64,000 nt of DNA from an uncultured Candidatus Saccharibacteria bacterium (GTDB lineage Bacteria; Patescibacteriota; Saccharimonadia; CAILAD01; BJGX01): positions 351,442 to 415,441 of the forward strand of contig CAZSVP010000001.1 of NCBI GenBank assembly GCA_964610335.1, read 5' to 3'. Numbering within the stretch: the stretch's first letter is position 1; each line of letters opens with the position of its first letter. The position numbers and the translations under genes are program-made. The notes under the pieces were generated by a model. That model was not told where the DNA came from. It made no database searches and saw nothing but the letters and a program-made list of their open reading frames with translations. Positions 19,136 to 29,492 of this stretch are shown piece after piece.

Positions 19136-19579
19136 CTATTTCTGTTTGACGTCGCGTTCTATATCGCGCTTAGTGGCTTTTTGACGAAGAGTTTCGCGCT
19201 TGTCGTGAAGCTTTTTACCGCGTCCGATGCCGATTTCCAGCTTTACCAGACCTCGTTCAACTCCAACCTTGAGTGGCACAGCGCTCATGCCTTGGGCACT
19301 GGCCTGCTCAATCAGATCTTCGATCTGTTTACGGTGGGCGAGCAGCTTGCGTTCGCGAGTCGGATCGTTATCCTCAGAGGGGGCAAACTTATATGGCGAG
19401 ATGTGGGCGTTTACCAGGTACAATTCTCCTGCTTTGTGGCGGACAAAGCTACCCTTGAGGCTAATTGAGCCTGACTTAACACTCTTGACTTCAGCGCCAG
19501 TTAATACCAAACCTACCACCAGAGTATGGTCTATCTGGTAGTCGTGACGGGCACGTCGATTGGTAGCTATCACTTTCAT
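19136..19579 (-). CDS. smpB: SsrA-binding protein
   Basis: MKVIATNRRARHDYQI... and the typical basic C-terminal tail. Confidence 0.9.
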   Translation of the reverse strand: MKVIATNRRARHDYQIDHTLVVGLVLTGAEVKSVKSGSISLKGSFVRHKAGELYLVNAHISPYKFAPSEDNDPTRERKLLAHRKQIEDLIEQASAQGMSAVPLKVGVERGLVKLEIGIGRGKKLHDKRETLRQKATKRDIERDVKQK

Positions 19580-19629
19580 AAGCTAGATTATAGCTGATTT
19601 AGGGTAGTTTCGGATATAATAGAGTCATT

Positions 19630-21336
19630 ATGGCATTCCAACTGTTTGAACAGATAGCAGAAGAGCTACGTCCGGCTTGTGAGTCGCTTGGTCTACCAGT
19701 CGAGGAGATTGTTGGTAGTTTGTCGTTTTGCGACATTGCCTTTGGTGATGTTAGTAGCAATATTGTTATGCGAAATGCTACAAAACTATCAGGAGCACCG
19801 ATGGATTTGGCCGAGGCACTGGCTGGAAAGATTAATACAAGTGGTGTAATAGCATCGGCGGAGGCCTACAAACCTGGCTTTGTGAACATACGTTTAACTA
19901 GCCAGTATTTGCTTGGGCAAATCAATAGTATATCTGAACAGGGTGTAGAGAAGTGGTACCAGACCAACATAGAGTTGGATGCCAGCAAGATTGTTATGGA
20001 CTATTCACATCCAAATATGGGCAAACCAATGGGTGTACATCATCTATTGAGCACAGTGATTGGTGATGCCATCAAGCGGATGTATCGTTATGCAGGGGCT
20101 GAAGTAATAGCTGATAATTTTATCGGTGACCTGGGGACACAGTTTGGCAAGTTGATCTGGGCCGTCAAACAATGGGGCGATATAGAAAAGATTGAGCAAG
20201 ATCCAATAGGCGAGCTGCTTAAGCTGTATGTGAAGTTTCATATTGAGGCAGACCAAGATGTGGAGCTTGATGACGCAGGGCGCGCGGAGTATCAGAAGCT
20301 TGAGTCAGGAGATCAGGAGAATCGAGCACTTTGGCAAAAGATCTGCGACTGGAGCATGGCAGATGTGACCAATCTGTATAAGCAACTCGATGTGTCTTTT
20401 GACCAGATACACGGTGAAAGCTTCTACGAAGATAAGATGGACCCGATAATTGAGGAAGGTATCAAAAAAGGCTACTTTGTAGAGAGCGATGGCGCATTAG
20501 TGGCATTTATGGATGATCCTAACCAGCCACCGGCTATCATTAAGAAAAAAGATGGCACAACACTATATTTAACCAGGGATTTAGCAAGAATTAAGTTTTG
20601 GGAACAGACTTGGCATCCGGACAAGATGCTAGTAGTAGTGGATAGCGCGCAAAGGTTGCATTTTCAGCAGGTTTTTGAAGTAGCCAACAGGTTGGGATTG
20701 ACCAAGGCTGAGAACATTCACGTAAGTTTTGGCCGCATGAGGTTCCGAGATGCCTCTATGAGCACTCGTAAGGGGAATATCCTTCAGCTAAGTGAATTGC
20801 TCAACGAGTCTAGGGAACGTGTCGCTACTGACATTGCTGACCGCGAAGTTGTGGCTGATGCAGATCTGATAGATAGTATAGCTATCGGTGCCGTCAAATA
20901 TGGAATTCTTCATCAAAACCGCAACAGTGACATGGTGTTTAGCTGGGATTCGGTGCTTTCTCTTGACGGCAACTCAGCCCCATACATCATGTATAGCTAT
21001 GCTCGAACGCAGTCTATTAGAGCTAAAGCAGGCTCGAAAAGCAAAAAACATTCGAGCGAAGTAGATGGCGAGCTATCTGAAGTTGAAAGGTCATTGGTAC
21101 TTGATACCCTGGCGATGCCTCTAAACCTACAAAAAGCCCTTATCGCATACGAGCCACAAGTGCTTTGTGATAATTGTTATAAGTTGGCCCAGAAATATAA
21201 TAGATTTTACAACAAGCATTCAGTATTGGGTGACGATGAAAAGGCTGGTTATAGGTTAGAGGTTAACAATAGCACCGGGCAAATATTACAACACAGTATG
21301 AATATGCTGGGCATTGATCTGCCTAACAAAATGTAG
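19630..21336 (+). CDS. argS: arginine--tRNA ligase
   Basis: HPNMGKPMGVHHL (the HIGH region), and a C-terminal DALK-type anticodon-binding domain with IMYSYARTQSI. Confidence 0.95.
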   Translation: MAFQLFEQIAEELRPACESLGLPVEEIVGSLSFCDIAFGDVSSNIVMRNATKLSGAPMDLAEALAGKINTSGVIASAEAYKPGFVNIRLTSQYLLGQINSISEQGVEKWYQTNIELDASKIVMDYSHPNMGKPMGVHHLLSTVIGDAIKRMYRYAGAEVIADNFIGDLGTQFGKLIWAVKQWGDIEKIEQDPIGELLKLYVKFHIEADQDVELDDAGRAEYQKLESGDQENRALWQKICDWSMADVTNLYKQLDVSFDQIHGESFYEDKMDPIIEEGIKKGYFVESDGALVAFMDDPNQPPAIIKKKDGTTLYLTRDLARIKFWEQTWHPDKMLVVVDSAQRLHFQQVFEVANRLGLTKAENIHVSFGRMRFRDASMSTRKGNILQLSELLNESRERVATDIADREVVADADLIDSIAIGAVKYGILHQNRNSDMVFSWDSVLSLDGNSAPYIMYSYARTQSIRAKAGSKSKKHSSEVDGELSEVERSLVLDTLAMPLNLQKALIAYEPQVLCDNCYKLAQKYNRFYNKHSVLGDDEKAGYRLEVNNSTGQILQHSMNMLGIDLPNKM

Positions 21337-21377
21337 GTTTTTGTAGACTAACATCCAAATAAGCTATACTGACTTAT

Positions 21378-24185
21378 ATGGAAGAGCGCCAGAATAGCTT
21401 GAATGTGGCTCAAAAAAGAGTTGTGGGGCATAGCAGTGGCCCGTTGTTGGTTGTTGCTGGTGCCGGAACTGGCAAAACTACGGTAATTGCCTCGAGAATT
21501 GCTAACCTTATAAGAAGTAAGGGAGTCAATCCAGCGGAGATACTGGCGCTAACATTTACCGACAAAGCTGCCAGTGAAATGCAGCAAAGAGTGGAAGACC
21601 TATTGGCACTTGGCGAGATAGAGTCTGAAATCTCTACATTTCATAGTTTTGGCGAGTCGGTACTAAGGTCTTATGCGGTTGACATTGGTTTGAGTAGTGA
21701 CTATCAGATCATATCTACTTTTCAGCAACAAGTGGTGCTCAATACTGTGGTAGACTCGCTCGATATTGAGTATCACCGACCACTCGGTCGTCCCACTACT
21801 TTTCTATACGGGCTTATACAGTTTATATCCAGGCTAAAAGATGAGAACATTCAGCCTGATGATCTCAAAGAATTCCATAGCTCTACCAAGTATGATGACA
21901 AGGTCGATAAACTCAGGGTAAAAGAGCTCTGCCAGATATACAATGGCTACCAATTATATTGCACTCAGCACAGTTTGCTAGACTATGGTGACTTACTGTG
22001 TGTGACTTACAAACTGTTAAGCAGCAAGCCTTCCATTCTAAGAGAATTCCAGTCCAAATATAGGTATGTGTTGGTAGATGAGTATCAAGACACTAACTAT
22101 GTACAAGCACAAATACTGGAGTTATTGTGTAATAAACATCATAATCTTATGGTTGTTGGGGATGATGACCAATCAATCTATCGTTTTCGAGGTGCCAACA
22201 TAAGTAACATACTTCGTTTTACTAAGCAGTTCCCAGATGCTAAGAAAATCTCGTTGGTACAAAACTATCGGAGTGGTCAGAGAATTCTTGACGCAGCCTA
22301 TCGATTAATAACTCACAACAATCCATACCGACTGGAGGTAGCTGAGAAGATAAACAAGAAACTGAAATCATCTATCAAAGGAAGCGACCCAATTGTAAGG
22401 TCATTTGCAGCTTATCATGATGAATTGTCATCAATTGCTACTAAAATAGTGGAGATGCACGGATCTGGTACACCTTATTCACAGATTGCAGTGCTGTTGC
22501 GCAAGAATAATCAATCGCAGGATATTGTAAGAGTGCTTGAGAAGCAAAAGATACCTTATCAACTTAGTGAGAGCAAAAAGCTATTTGAGCTCGAAGAAGT
22601 GCAAAATCTGCTGTTTTTTATTCGATATATATGTGATCAAAATGATTCTCAAGCTCTTTATGGCATATTGACATCTGAGATATATGGCTTACCTTTAGAA
22701 CAGATCATAAAGTGTTCAGCTCTTGCAAATCGATCTCATTTACCACTAGCAAGTTTTATTAAGCAATCAGATGAATACAGTGAACTGGCTGCTGTGGTCG
22801 ATGAATTGGAAGCATATAAATCTGAGTTGACCCAACTTCGAGCTGGAGAACTGATATATAGATTCTTTGAGCTAAGTGGATATCTTAAGATGCTATACAA
22901 TCAATCTAACCAAGATAATCTGGCTGCAATCAAACTACAAAATATTGCTACGTTCTTTGGTTTTATTAGAGATTACGAGTTGGTTAGTGATGACCATGGT
23001 ATGTATAGTCTATGGCAGTACTTGCAGGGAGTACTACGTGCTGAGGCTGCTCTCGAAGTAGACCAAGCGCCTCTCGATATCGATGCTGTACAGATTATGA
23101 CAGTCCATAGGGCAAAGGGACTAGAGTTTGATTATGTATTTGTGCCCAACATGATATCCAGGGTTTTCCCAGCACAACGAAGGGGTGAAGCTATTAGAGT
23201 ACCAGAAGGGCTATTTGAGGCCAAGCTTGATTCCCAGATAGACTGGCATATTCATGAAGAACGGAGATTGTTTTACGTTGCTGTTACTAGGGCCAAAAAA
23301 GAGCTTATACTCAGTTGGTCACAGAACCATGGCGGCAAATTACTACGAAAGCCATCAGTATTCATTGAAGAGCTGAGTGGTAAACCACCAGAAATACCAG
23401 ATGCAAGTAGCCAAACCAAGGTTGAGTTGAGTCAATTCCAGAAGCAGCCTAGATTGAGTTACGATCCGGTGCAAAATTTGATTGATCAAGAAGGTTATCT
23501 CCACCTTAGTGCCAACCAGCTGGTAAGTTTTGAAACTTCAGTTGAGGATTTCTGGTATTTCGACGTATTGAAGATGCCAAAAGGGCCATTTCATAGTCTA
23601 GTGTATGGGTCAGCGATACATGCTGCGCTTGAGCAGTACTATCAAGCCAAATTGGACAATAAGAAACCCAGCCTATCAAGCATGCTAAGCGCTTTTGACA
23701 GTGCATGGCGAAGTGAAGGGTTTGTATCTCTAAAACATGAGATGAGTCGATTTAAACGTGGTCACGAAGTAATTAAACAGTATTATGCGACTTATCAAGA
23801 CAGGCAGGAGGTTCCGTTGTTTGTTGAAAAGCCATTTAATCTGGTATTACCAGATATAAAATTAGTTATTAGGGGACGGTATGATGCAGTATTCACAACA
23901 GAAGAAGGTGTTGAGATCAGGGATTTTAAAACTAGTGAAGTAAAAGACGAAAAAACTGCATTAAAAAAAGTTCGAGATAGCCTGCAATTGCGTGTTTATG
24001 CACTAGCTTGGCAGAATCTACAAAAATCACCAGTTAATAAGGTGAGTTTGTCATTTGTGGAAAATAGTTTGACAGTTGGTATAGCTGCTCCTGATGCCTC
24101 TAGAACTATTGCAAAACTCAAAAGCATATCAGAGAGCATAATCACTGGTGAATTTCGATCTAAACTGGAAGGTCGGGCTCAATGA
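21378..24185 (+). CDS. UvrD/PcrA-family superfamily-1 helicase fused to a C-terminal PD-(D/E)xK (RecB/Cas4-like) nuclease domain
   Basis: Walker A AGAGTGKTT, helicase motifs DEYQDTN and VGDDDQSIY, and a C-terminal RGRYDAVFTTEEGVEIRDFKTSEV nuclease motif. Confidence 0.85.
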   Translation: MEERQNSLNVAQKRVVGHSSGPLLVVAGAGTGKTTVIASRIANLIRSKGVNPAEILALTFTDKAASEMQQRVEDLLALGEIESEISTFHSFGESVLRSYAVDIGLSSDYQIISTFQQQVVLNTVVDSLDIEYHRPLGRPTTFLYGLIQFISRLKDENIQPDDLKEFHSSTKYDDKVDKLRVKELCQIYNGYQLYCTQHSLLDYGDLLCVTYKLLSSKPSILREFQSKYRYVLVDEYQDTNYVQAQILELLCNKHHNLMVVGDDDQSIYRFRGANISNILRFTKQFPDAKKISLVQNYRSGQRILDAAYRLITHNNPYRLEVAEKINKKLKSSIKGSDPIVRSFAAYHDELSSIATKIVEMHGSGTPYSQIAVLLRKNNQSQDIVRVLEKQKIPYQLSESKKLFELEEVQNLLFFIRYICDQNDSQALYGILTSEIYGLPLEQIIKCSALANRSHLPLASFIKQSDEYSELAAVVDELEAYKSELTQLRAGELIYRFFELSGYLKMLYNQSNQDNLAAIKLQNIATFFGFIRDYELVSDDHGMYSLWQYLQGVLRAEAALEVDQAPLDIDAVQIMTVHRAKGLEFDYVFVPNMISRVFPAQRRGEAIRVPEGLFEAKLDSQIDWHIHEERRLFYVAVTRAKKELILSWSQNHGGKLLRKPSVFIEELSGKPPEIPDASSQTKVELSQFQKQPRLSYDPVQNLIDQEGYLHLSANQLVSFETSVEDFWYFDVLKMPKGPFHSLVYGSAIHAALEQYYQAKLDNKKPSLSSMLSAFDSAWRSEGFVSLKHEMSRFKRGHEVIKQYYATYQDRQEVPLFVEKPFNLVLPDIKLVIRGRYDAVFTTEEGVEIRDFKTSEVKDEKTALKKVRDSLQLRVYALAWQNLQKSPVNKVSLSFVENSLTVGIAAPDASRTIAKLKSISESIITGEFRSKLEGRAQ

Positions 24186-24649
24186 ATCCATCGTATCGTG
24201 ATCAAGAATGGCTAGAGAATATGCTGGCTGACATTTGGTACAAGTACTTTCCTGATCTTGAACAAAGTAATGATGTCCATATCAAGTATGGAAGAAGAGC
24301 AAAGTGGCGTCTTGGCTCTATCAAGATTGATCCGAAAGATGGTGAAAGTAGTATTATTACAATTAATCCACTATATCAAGACCTAACAATACCAGAGTAT
24401 GTAGTGGTGGCGACTATATTTCATGAATTATCTCACTATGCACATGGTTTTAATTCACCTCATGGGCAAAAATATCGCCATCCGCATAGCGGAGGTGTTA
24501 TCAGGGCCGAGTTTGCAGAACGTGGCTTAGAAGATTTGTATCTTAAACAAAGAAAATGGCTAAAGTCTAGTTGGCCAGAAATACTTGAAAAATATGGCAT
24601 GCTGAATCGTCGTGTAGTGCGCAAAAACACACGTTGGGTAGTGTGGTAA
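24182..24649 (+). CDS. SprT-like zinc metalloprotease-domain protein
   Basis: HExxH-type motif IFHELSHYAHGF. Start overlaps the helicase stop (ATGA), implying translational coupling. Confidence 0.5.
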   Translation: MNPSYRDQEWLENMLADIWYKYFPDLEQSNDVHIKYGRRAKWRLGSIKIDPKDGESSIITINPLYQDLTIPEYVVVATIFHELSHYAHGFNSPHGQKYRHPHSGGVIRAEFAERGLEDLYLKQRKWLKSSWPEILEKYGMLNRRVVRKNTRWVVW

Positions 24650-24768
24650 GTGATTTTTGTAAAATGCTTGTGAAATACAATCTATATAGAGCCTATTAAT
24701 TAGCATAAGTATTAGTTTATTAGTCACGAATACATTTTTTATCCATACAATTCTTGTTGGTAATACTA

Positions 24769-24797
24769 TTGACAAATACATACTAATATGATACATT
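24769..24797 (+). promoter_or_regulatory. sigma70-like promoter with an extended -10, ending about 7 nt before the ATG
   Basis: TTGACA, a 17-nt spacer, TGaTACATT, and ATG at 24804. This would give a leaderless or near-leaderless mRNA. Confidence 0.35.
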
Positions 24798-24803
24798 GTA
24801 AAC

Positions 24804-25136
24804 ATGAAATCCAAACAGCGCCAAGTCCGCAATAGTAAGGGTGTTGCTGTTAGCAACATACCGCAATCAGTGAAGTACCAGCGGGTAACACAATCTGTTG
24901 CCGCTACAGGTAAGTTTAAGCCAATACATTATGTGCTAATGGCTTTTAGTGTGCTAATAATTAGCCAGTTAATCAAAACACTCGTATATGCATTATTCTT
25001 TCCTGGTAACGAGTCTCCTGAAGGTTTAACCTTGTTACTGCTTATATATGCCCAATATGTTCTTTTTGCTGTATTTTTTGTGTTGATTGTTGTGGCAATT
25101 ATTCAGGCTCTGCGCCAAGCTATCAAGGAATTCTAA
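24804..25136 (+). CDS. small membrane protein (hypothetical)
   Basis: 110 aa with two predicted TM helices. Confidence 0.45.
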   Translation: MKSKQRQVRNSKGVAVSNIPQSVKYQRVTQSVAATGKFKPIHYVLMAFSVLIISQLIKTLVYALFFPGNESPEGLTLLLLIYAQYVLFAVFFVLIVVAIIQALRQAIKEF

Positions 25137-25183
25137 ATACCAACATTCATTAACTGGTAATTTCGGCTATAATAGGTCGAGTT

Positions 25184-26017
25184 ATGAAGAATATTGCGAT
25201 TCAAGGACAAGAAGGGTCCTACCATGCCTTGGCTGCCAGCCATATATTCGGCACAGATATTAATCTGATAGCGTGCGATTGGTTTGATAGTGTTTTCACC
25301 AGTGTTGAAGATGATCAGTCAGATTTTGCGATCGTGGCAATAGAGAACTCACTCTCTGGTAGTATTAGTGAAGTATATGATCTGTTACGTCGAGATAGTC
25401 TATCAATAGTGGGCGAGATTTATATGCAAATATCACTTAAGTTGATTGGCTTCCCAGGTACTCGGCTGCAAGATATCAGAAATGTGTACTCTCACCCTGT
25501 AGCAATACTGGAATCCAAGGATTTTTTGCATAGCAAACTTAGTCATGCCGATGTCCATGAGAGAAATGATACTGCCGAGAGTGTAGAGTATGTTGCAAAT
25601 GGCAAAGATAGCAGTTCGGCTGCAGTTGGTTCCAGCGCCGCCGCCAAACTGTATAATTTGGCAGTGTTAGCAGACGATATTGAGACTGATAAACATAACT
25701 ACACGCGGTTTATTGTGTTATCAAAAACCAAGTTAACAGATAAGACAACTAATAAAACCAGCTTACTATTGACTGTAAAAGATCAGCCCGGCGTACTTTA
25801 TAGCATCTTGGGAGTATTCGCGAATCGACATATCAATCTAAGTAAGATTGAGTCCAGGCCAATAATTGGCAAAACCTGGAATTACTACTTTTATCTGGAT
25901 TTTGATGCTGGGATGCAAGATGTAAACGCTAACGGAATATTAGAAGAGTTAAGCAAGTTTACAGATCAACTAACGGTTTTGGGTAGCTACCGTAAAGGTG
26001 AAGTTGTCGAAGACTAA
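25184..26017 (+). CDS. pheA: prephenate dehydratase
   Basis: PDT catalytic domain (IAIQGQEGSYHALAA...) with a C-terminal ACT regulatory domain. Confidence 0.85.
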   Translation: MKNIAIQGQEGSYHALAASHIFGTDINLIACDWFDSVFTSVEDDQSDFAIVAIENSLSGSISEVYDLLRRDSLSIVGEIYMQISLKLIGFPGTRLQDIRNVYSHPVAILESKDFLHSKLSHADVHERNDTAESVEYVANGKDSSSAAVGSSAAAKLYNLAVLADDIETDKHNYTRFIVLSKTKLTDKTTNKTSLLLTVKDQPGVLYSILGVFANRHINLSKIESRPIIGKTWNYYFYLDFDAGMQDVNANGILEELSKFTDQLTVLGSYRKGEVVED

Positions 26018-26044
26018 CTAATTTCGTGTTGTGTTCGTACTAGT

Positions 26045-27139
26045 TTGGTGGTTATAATAGTACTCATGATTACTTTGCTGGTGGTGCTAATATTAATAAT
26101 GGTTATAGGCTTTGGGCTTGTAATTTACTTCTTGAATCGGAAAACCACTACACCTGTAGATGACACTGGTTTACAGATGCTAAAGACTGATTTGCAGGGT
26201 TTGAACGCGCTGATGGGCCAAACACACGCCCAGGTCAGCGAGAGGCTGGACCGTAACAATGAGAGTATGCAAGCAAGCCTGCAAAAGCAGATTGGACAGT
26301 CAGCTCAGTTGATAGCTGATGTGACAGAGCGGCTCACTAAGCTTGATGAAACTAATCGTAGGGTAGTAGATGTTGCTGATGAGCTTAAGACGTTGCAGAA
26401 TGTACTACAAAATCCTAAGCAGCGTGGTGTTTTAGGTGAATACTATCTTGATTCAGTGCTGAAGAACGTCCTACCACCAGATGGGTACGTACTTCAATAC
26501 AAATTTAAAGATGGTGAAGTGGTAGATGCAGTTATACGCCTTGAAAAGGGTAAGATACTGCCAGTTGATTCAAAGTTTAGTTTAGAAAATTACAACAGAT
26601 TGGTCGATGAAAAGGATAAAACAAGACGAGAACAGCATATTAAATCGTTTAAGCAAGATCTAAAGGCAAGGATCGATGAAACGAGTAAGTACATAAGGCC
26701 GGACGAGGGTACAATGGACTTTGCATTTATGTTTATTCCATCAGAAGCTATCTACAATGATCTGTTGATAAATAAGATCGGACTTGCTGATACAAGCTCA
26801 CGTGATCTGATAGAATACGCCTTTCGTGATAAACAAGTAATTATAGTTAGCCCTACTACATTTATGGCGTACTTACAGACTGTGATGCAGGGGTTGCGTA
26901 GCCTCCAGATAGAGGAGCAAGCCAAGGAAATCCAAAAAAGAGTTGGTCAGTTGGGAGCTCACATCAAGACATATGATCAGTTTATGCAAAAACTAGGCAG
27001 CTCGCTTGGCACTACTGTAAATCACTATAATAATGCACATAAGGAACTAAAGAAGATAGATAAGGATGTGGTAAAAATTGCCGGGTCTGATCCAGTAATC
27101 GAGCCAATGCTTGTCGACAAACCACAAGTTGATGATTGA
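26045..27139 (+). CDS. rmuC: DNA recombination protein RmuC
   Basis: N-terminal TM helix, a long coiled coil, and the RmuC nuclease-like core (RGVLGEYYLDSVL...DAVIRLEKGKILPVDSKF). Confidence 0.85.
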   Translation: MVVIIVLMITLLVVLILIMVIGFGLVIYFLNRKTTTPVDDTGLQMLKTDLQGLNALMGQTHAQVSERLDRNNESMQASLQKQIGQSAQLIADVTERLTKLDETNRRVVDVADELKTLQNVLQNPKQRGVLGEYYLDSVLKNVLPPDGYVLQYKFKDGEVVDAVIRLEKGKILPVDSKFSLENYNRLVDEKDKTRREQHIKSFKQDLKARIDETSKYIRPDEGTMDFAFMFIPSEAIYNDLLINKIGLADTSSRDLIEYAFRDKQVIIVSPTTFMAYLQTVMQGLRSLQIEEQAKEIQKRVGQLGAHIKTYDQFMQKLGSSLGTTVNHYNNAHKELKKIDKDVVKIAGSDPVIEPMLVDKPQVDD

Positions 27140-27156
27140 TCTGATATAATAGTGGT

Positions 27157-28140
27157 ATGAAAAGATTCTTCTCTGGTATCCAAGCTACTGGCAATTTGCA
27201 TATAGGTAACTACTTGGGCGCGGTTAAGCCTTGGGTTGACTACCAATCCGAAGGTGAAACTATATATTTTGTGCCTGACCTACATTCACTTAATGTTAGG
27301 CCACAACCAGAGCTGTTAAGACAAGAGACACTCGCTAACGTGGCATGGATGGTAGCAGCAGGCATGGATACTGAAAAAACAGTGTTATTCGTGCAATCAG
27401 CAATTCCTGCTCATGCTGAACTCTGTTGGATACTCAATAATTATGTGACAATGGGTGAGTTATCACGCCAAACTCAGTACAAAGATAAAAGTTCTAAAAG
27501 AGGTGCAGACGGGCAGATAGTCGCACTATTCACATACCCAGTTTTGATGGCGGCAGATATATTACTATACAGTCCGACCCATGTCCCAACAGGACAAGAT
27601 CAAAAACAACATGTGGAGCTTGCTCGTGATATTGCAGAGCGGTTCAATAATATATATGGGGAAACGTTTGTGGTACCCGAAGCGCTTGTTCGTGAAATAG
27701 GTGCAAGAATCATGAGTTTACAGTCTCCAGAGAGTAAGATGAGCAAGAGTGATGATCAGCAAGGTGGCAATGTGCTGCTACTAGATAGCGAAGATGTAAT
27801 TAGATCAAAATTCCAGCGTGCCGTAACTGATTCTGGGTCAACGATTGAGGCAAGTGATGATAAGCCTGCAATTACTAATTTGTTACAAATTTACGCGGCT
27901 TTCTCAGACCAGACAGTGCCAGAAGTGGAAAGTGAGTTTGTTGGAAAAGGTTACGGAGCCTTCAAACAAGCACTTGGTAGCTTGGTGGTCGATAAATTAG
28001 TACCAGTGCAGCAGAAATACAATGAACTAATGAATAACCAAGGTGAATTAATGGCAATTATTGAGCGAGGTAATGAAAAAGCCCGTGAGATAGCCAATAA
28101 TAAACTATCAGAAATAAAAGAGAAGATAGGTTTGTTGTAA
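27157..28140 (+). CDS. trpS: tryptophan--tRNA ligase
   Basis: GNLHIGNYLG (the HIGH region) and KMSKS. Confidence 0.95.
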   Translation: MKRFFSGIQATGNLHIGNYLGAVKPWVDYQSEGETIYFVPDLHSLNVRPQPELLRQETLANVAWMVAAGMDTEKTVLFVQSAIPAHAELCWILNNYVTMGELSRQTQYKDKSSKRGADGQIVALFTYPVLMAADILLYSPTHVPTGQDQKQHVELARDIAERFNNIYGETFVVPEALVREIGARIMSLQSPESKMSKSDDQQGGNVLLLDSEDVIRSKFQRAVTDSGSTIEASDDKPAITNLLQIYAAFSDQTVPEVESEFVGKGYGAFKQALGSLVVDKLVPVQQKYNELMNNQGELMAIIERGNEKAREIANNKLSEIKEKIGLL

Positions 28141-28712
28141 TTAAGTACACAAACTTCTCTCGAAGCAATAGCTCAAATTACTACAAAACTATTGACTTAA
28201 GCATAAGCACTGTGCTATACTTGAGTCAAAGTTTAGTACATTCACAAAAACAAAAACAAAACTTGCCACAAGCCAAAAAATATTTGCAGCTGAACTCTTA
28301 AAGCTGCTACCGGATAGAGCCTCTACTACAGTAGGGAGACTTCGGCACTAAGAACAGCCCCCTTGTTTTTAGCGCCGAATTTTCCCTACTGTTCTAGGAG
28401 TGGTGTTGCCAACGACCTTGAGTTGGTGCCATGTCTTTTCCATTCTGCCGGAGCTGGCCAGGACTGGCGTCTCGAACATTCGGGGCGCTCGATCTGGCTG
28501 GCTGCCACACGAATGGTTGGGAAGCCAGTCGGATGATCTACAACACTTAATCGCCAGGAGGGTATTACACAGAAGTGAAATAGAACGACCGACATCTCTC
28601 TATGACTTTCAGCTCCCAGTTGAGAGTTATGCTCCGGGCCGATGCCCGCTAATGTTGTTTCTTAACATCTATAAAGAGTGGATGCGTCGGCCCGTAACCA
28701 AGAATTTATCTA

Positions 28713-28738
28713 CCACCTACATAAGTAGGTGGTTTTTG
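28713..28738 (+). terminator. rho-independent terminator at the end of an unassigned noncoding region
   Basis: 8-bp stem ccacctac/gtaggtgg, loop ataa, then T5. Confidence 0.5.
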
Positions 28739-29092
28739 TATACATGCACTATTCGCAACCATTTTACGTATGTCGCACATTGAACTACATAGTATTTATA
28801 TGCCTATTGGTCAGCGGTGATCCGTAAATTGTAAATCGCATGATAGCTGAACCCCTGAGTGTTATTGGTATATCAATATTATTCGAATATTAGTGGGCTA
28901 GATTTAGTAAACTACGTTGTTGCGAAAAGAGAGGTGGTAGTCAAAATAATGTGTTCACATTAATAGAGTATATATTGTGTACAATAGCGCACTATTTAGC
29001 ACCATATTTATATATGTGTTCAATATTAGAATAAGTGAGATACTCATTGCTCATGGCATTCAAATTATCACAAAATATGCGATAATATATAT

Positions 29093-29488
29093 ATGAGTAT
29101 TCACAAGCCAATAGTATCAATTATTCTAGCCGAGGCTGCTACTTTAATAGTTAGTAGCTGTGTTTTGGCTTACTTAATAGTATCAACTAGCCCAAAACAG
29201 TTGGGACCAGTCGGGGTAACCATCTGGTTTTTGGCATTCTTCGTGGCTTTGTTGAGTCTGGTTAGTTTGGTGACTTTCTCTTGGAGAGTACGTAAAACAT
29301 CACAAAGAGACCGCGCTATATATCATTGGAAGGAGAGTTTAAGGTTTGGTTTGTTAGTGTCGTTTTGTGGGACTGTACTACTTGGTTTGATGAGTTTGAA
29401 GAGCCTTACTATACGTGATATGATCTTATTTATCTTAACTGTAGTATTGATAGAACTGTATTTTCGAACACGTAAGTCAGAAGTATAA
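29093..29488 (+). CDS. small polytopic membrane protein (hypothetical)
   Basis: 131 aa with four hydrophobic segments. Ends 5 nt before pheS. Confidence 0.5.
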   Translation: MSIHKPIVSIILAEAATLIVSSCVLAYLIVSTSPKQLGPVGVTIWFLAFFVALLSLVSLVTFSWRVRKTSQRDRAIYHWKESLRFGLLVSFCGTVLLGLMSLKSLTIRDMILFILTVVLIELYFRTRKSEV

Positions 29489-29492
29489 CCAC

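Noticed and set aside
28386-28783. 127-aa plus-strand ORF (and a 69-aa minus-strand ORF) in the trpS-pheS gap as protein-coding genes
   Set aside because: There is no RBS or plausible start context and the composition is unlike neighbouring genes. The ORFs overlap strong RNA-like stem-loops and run into a terminator. They are more likely a noncoding RNA region.
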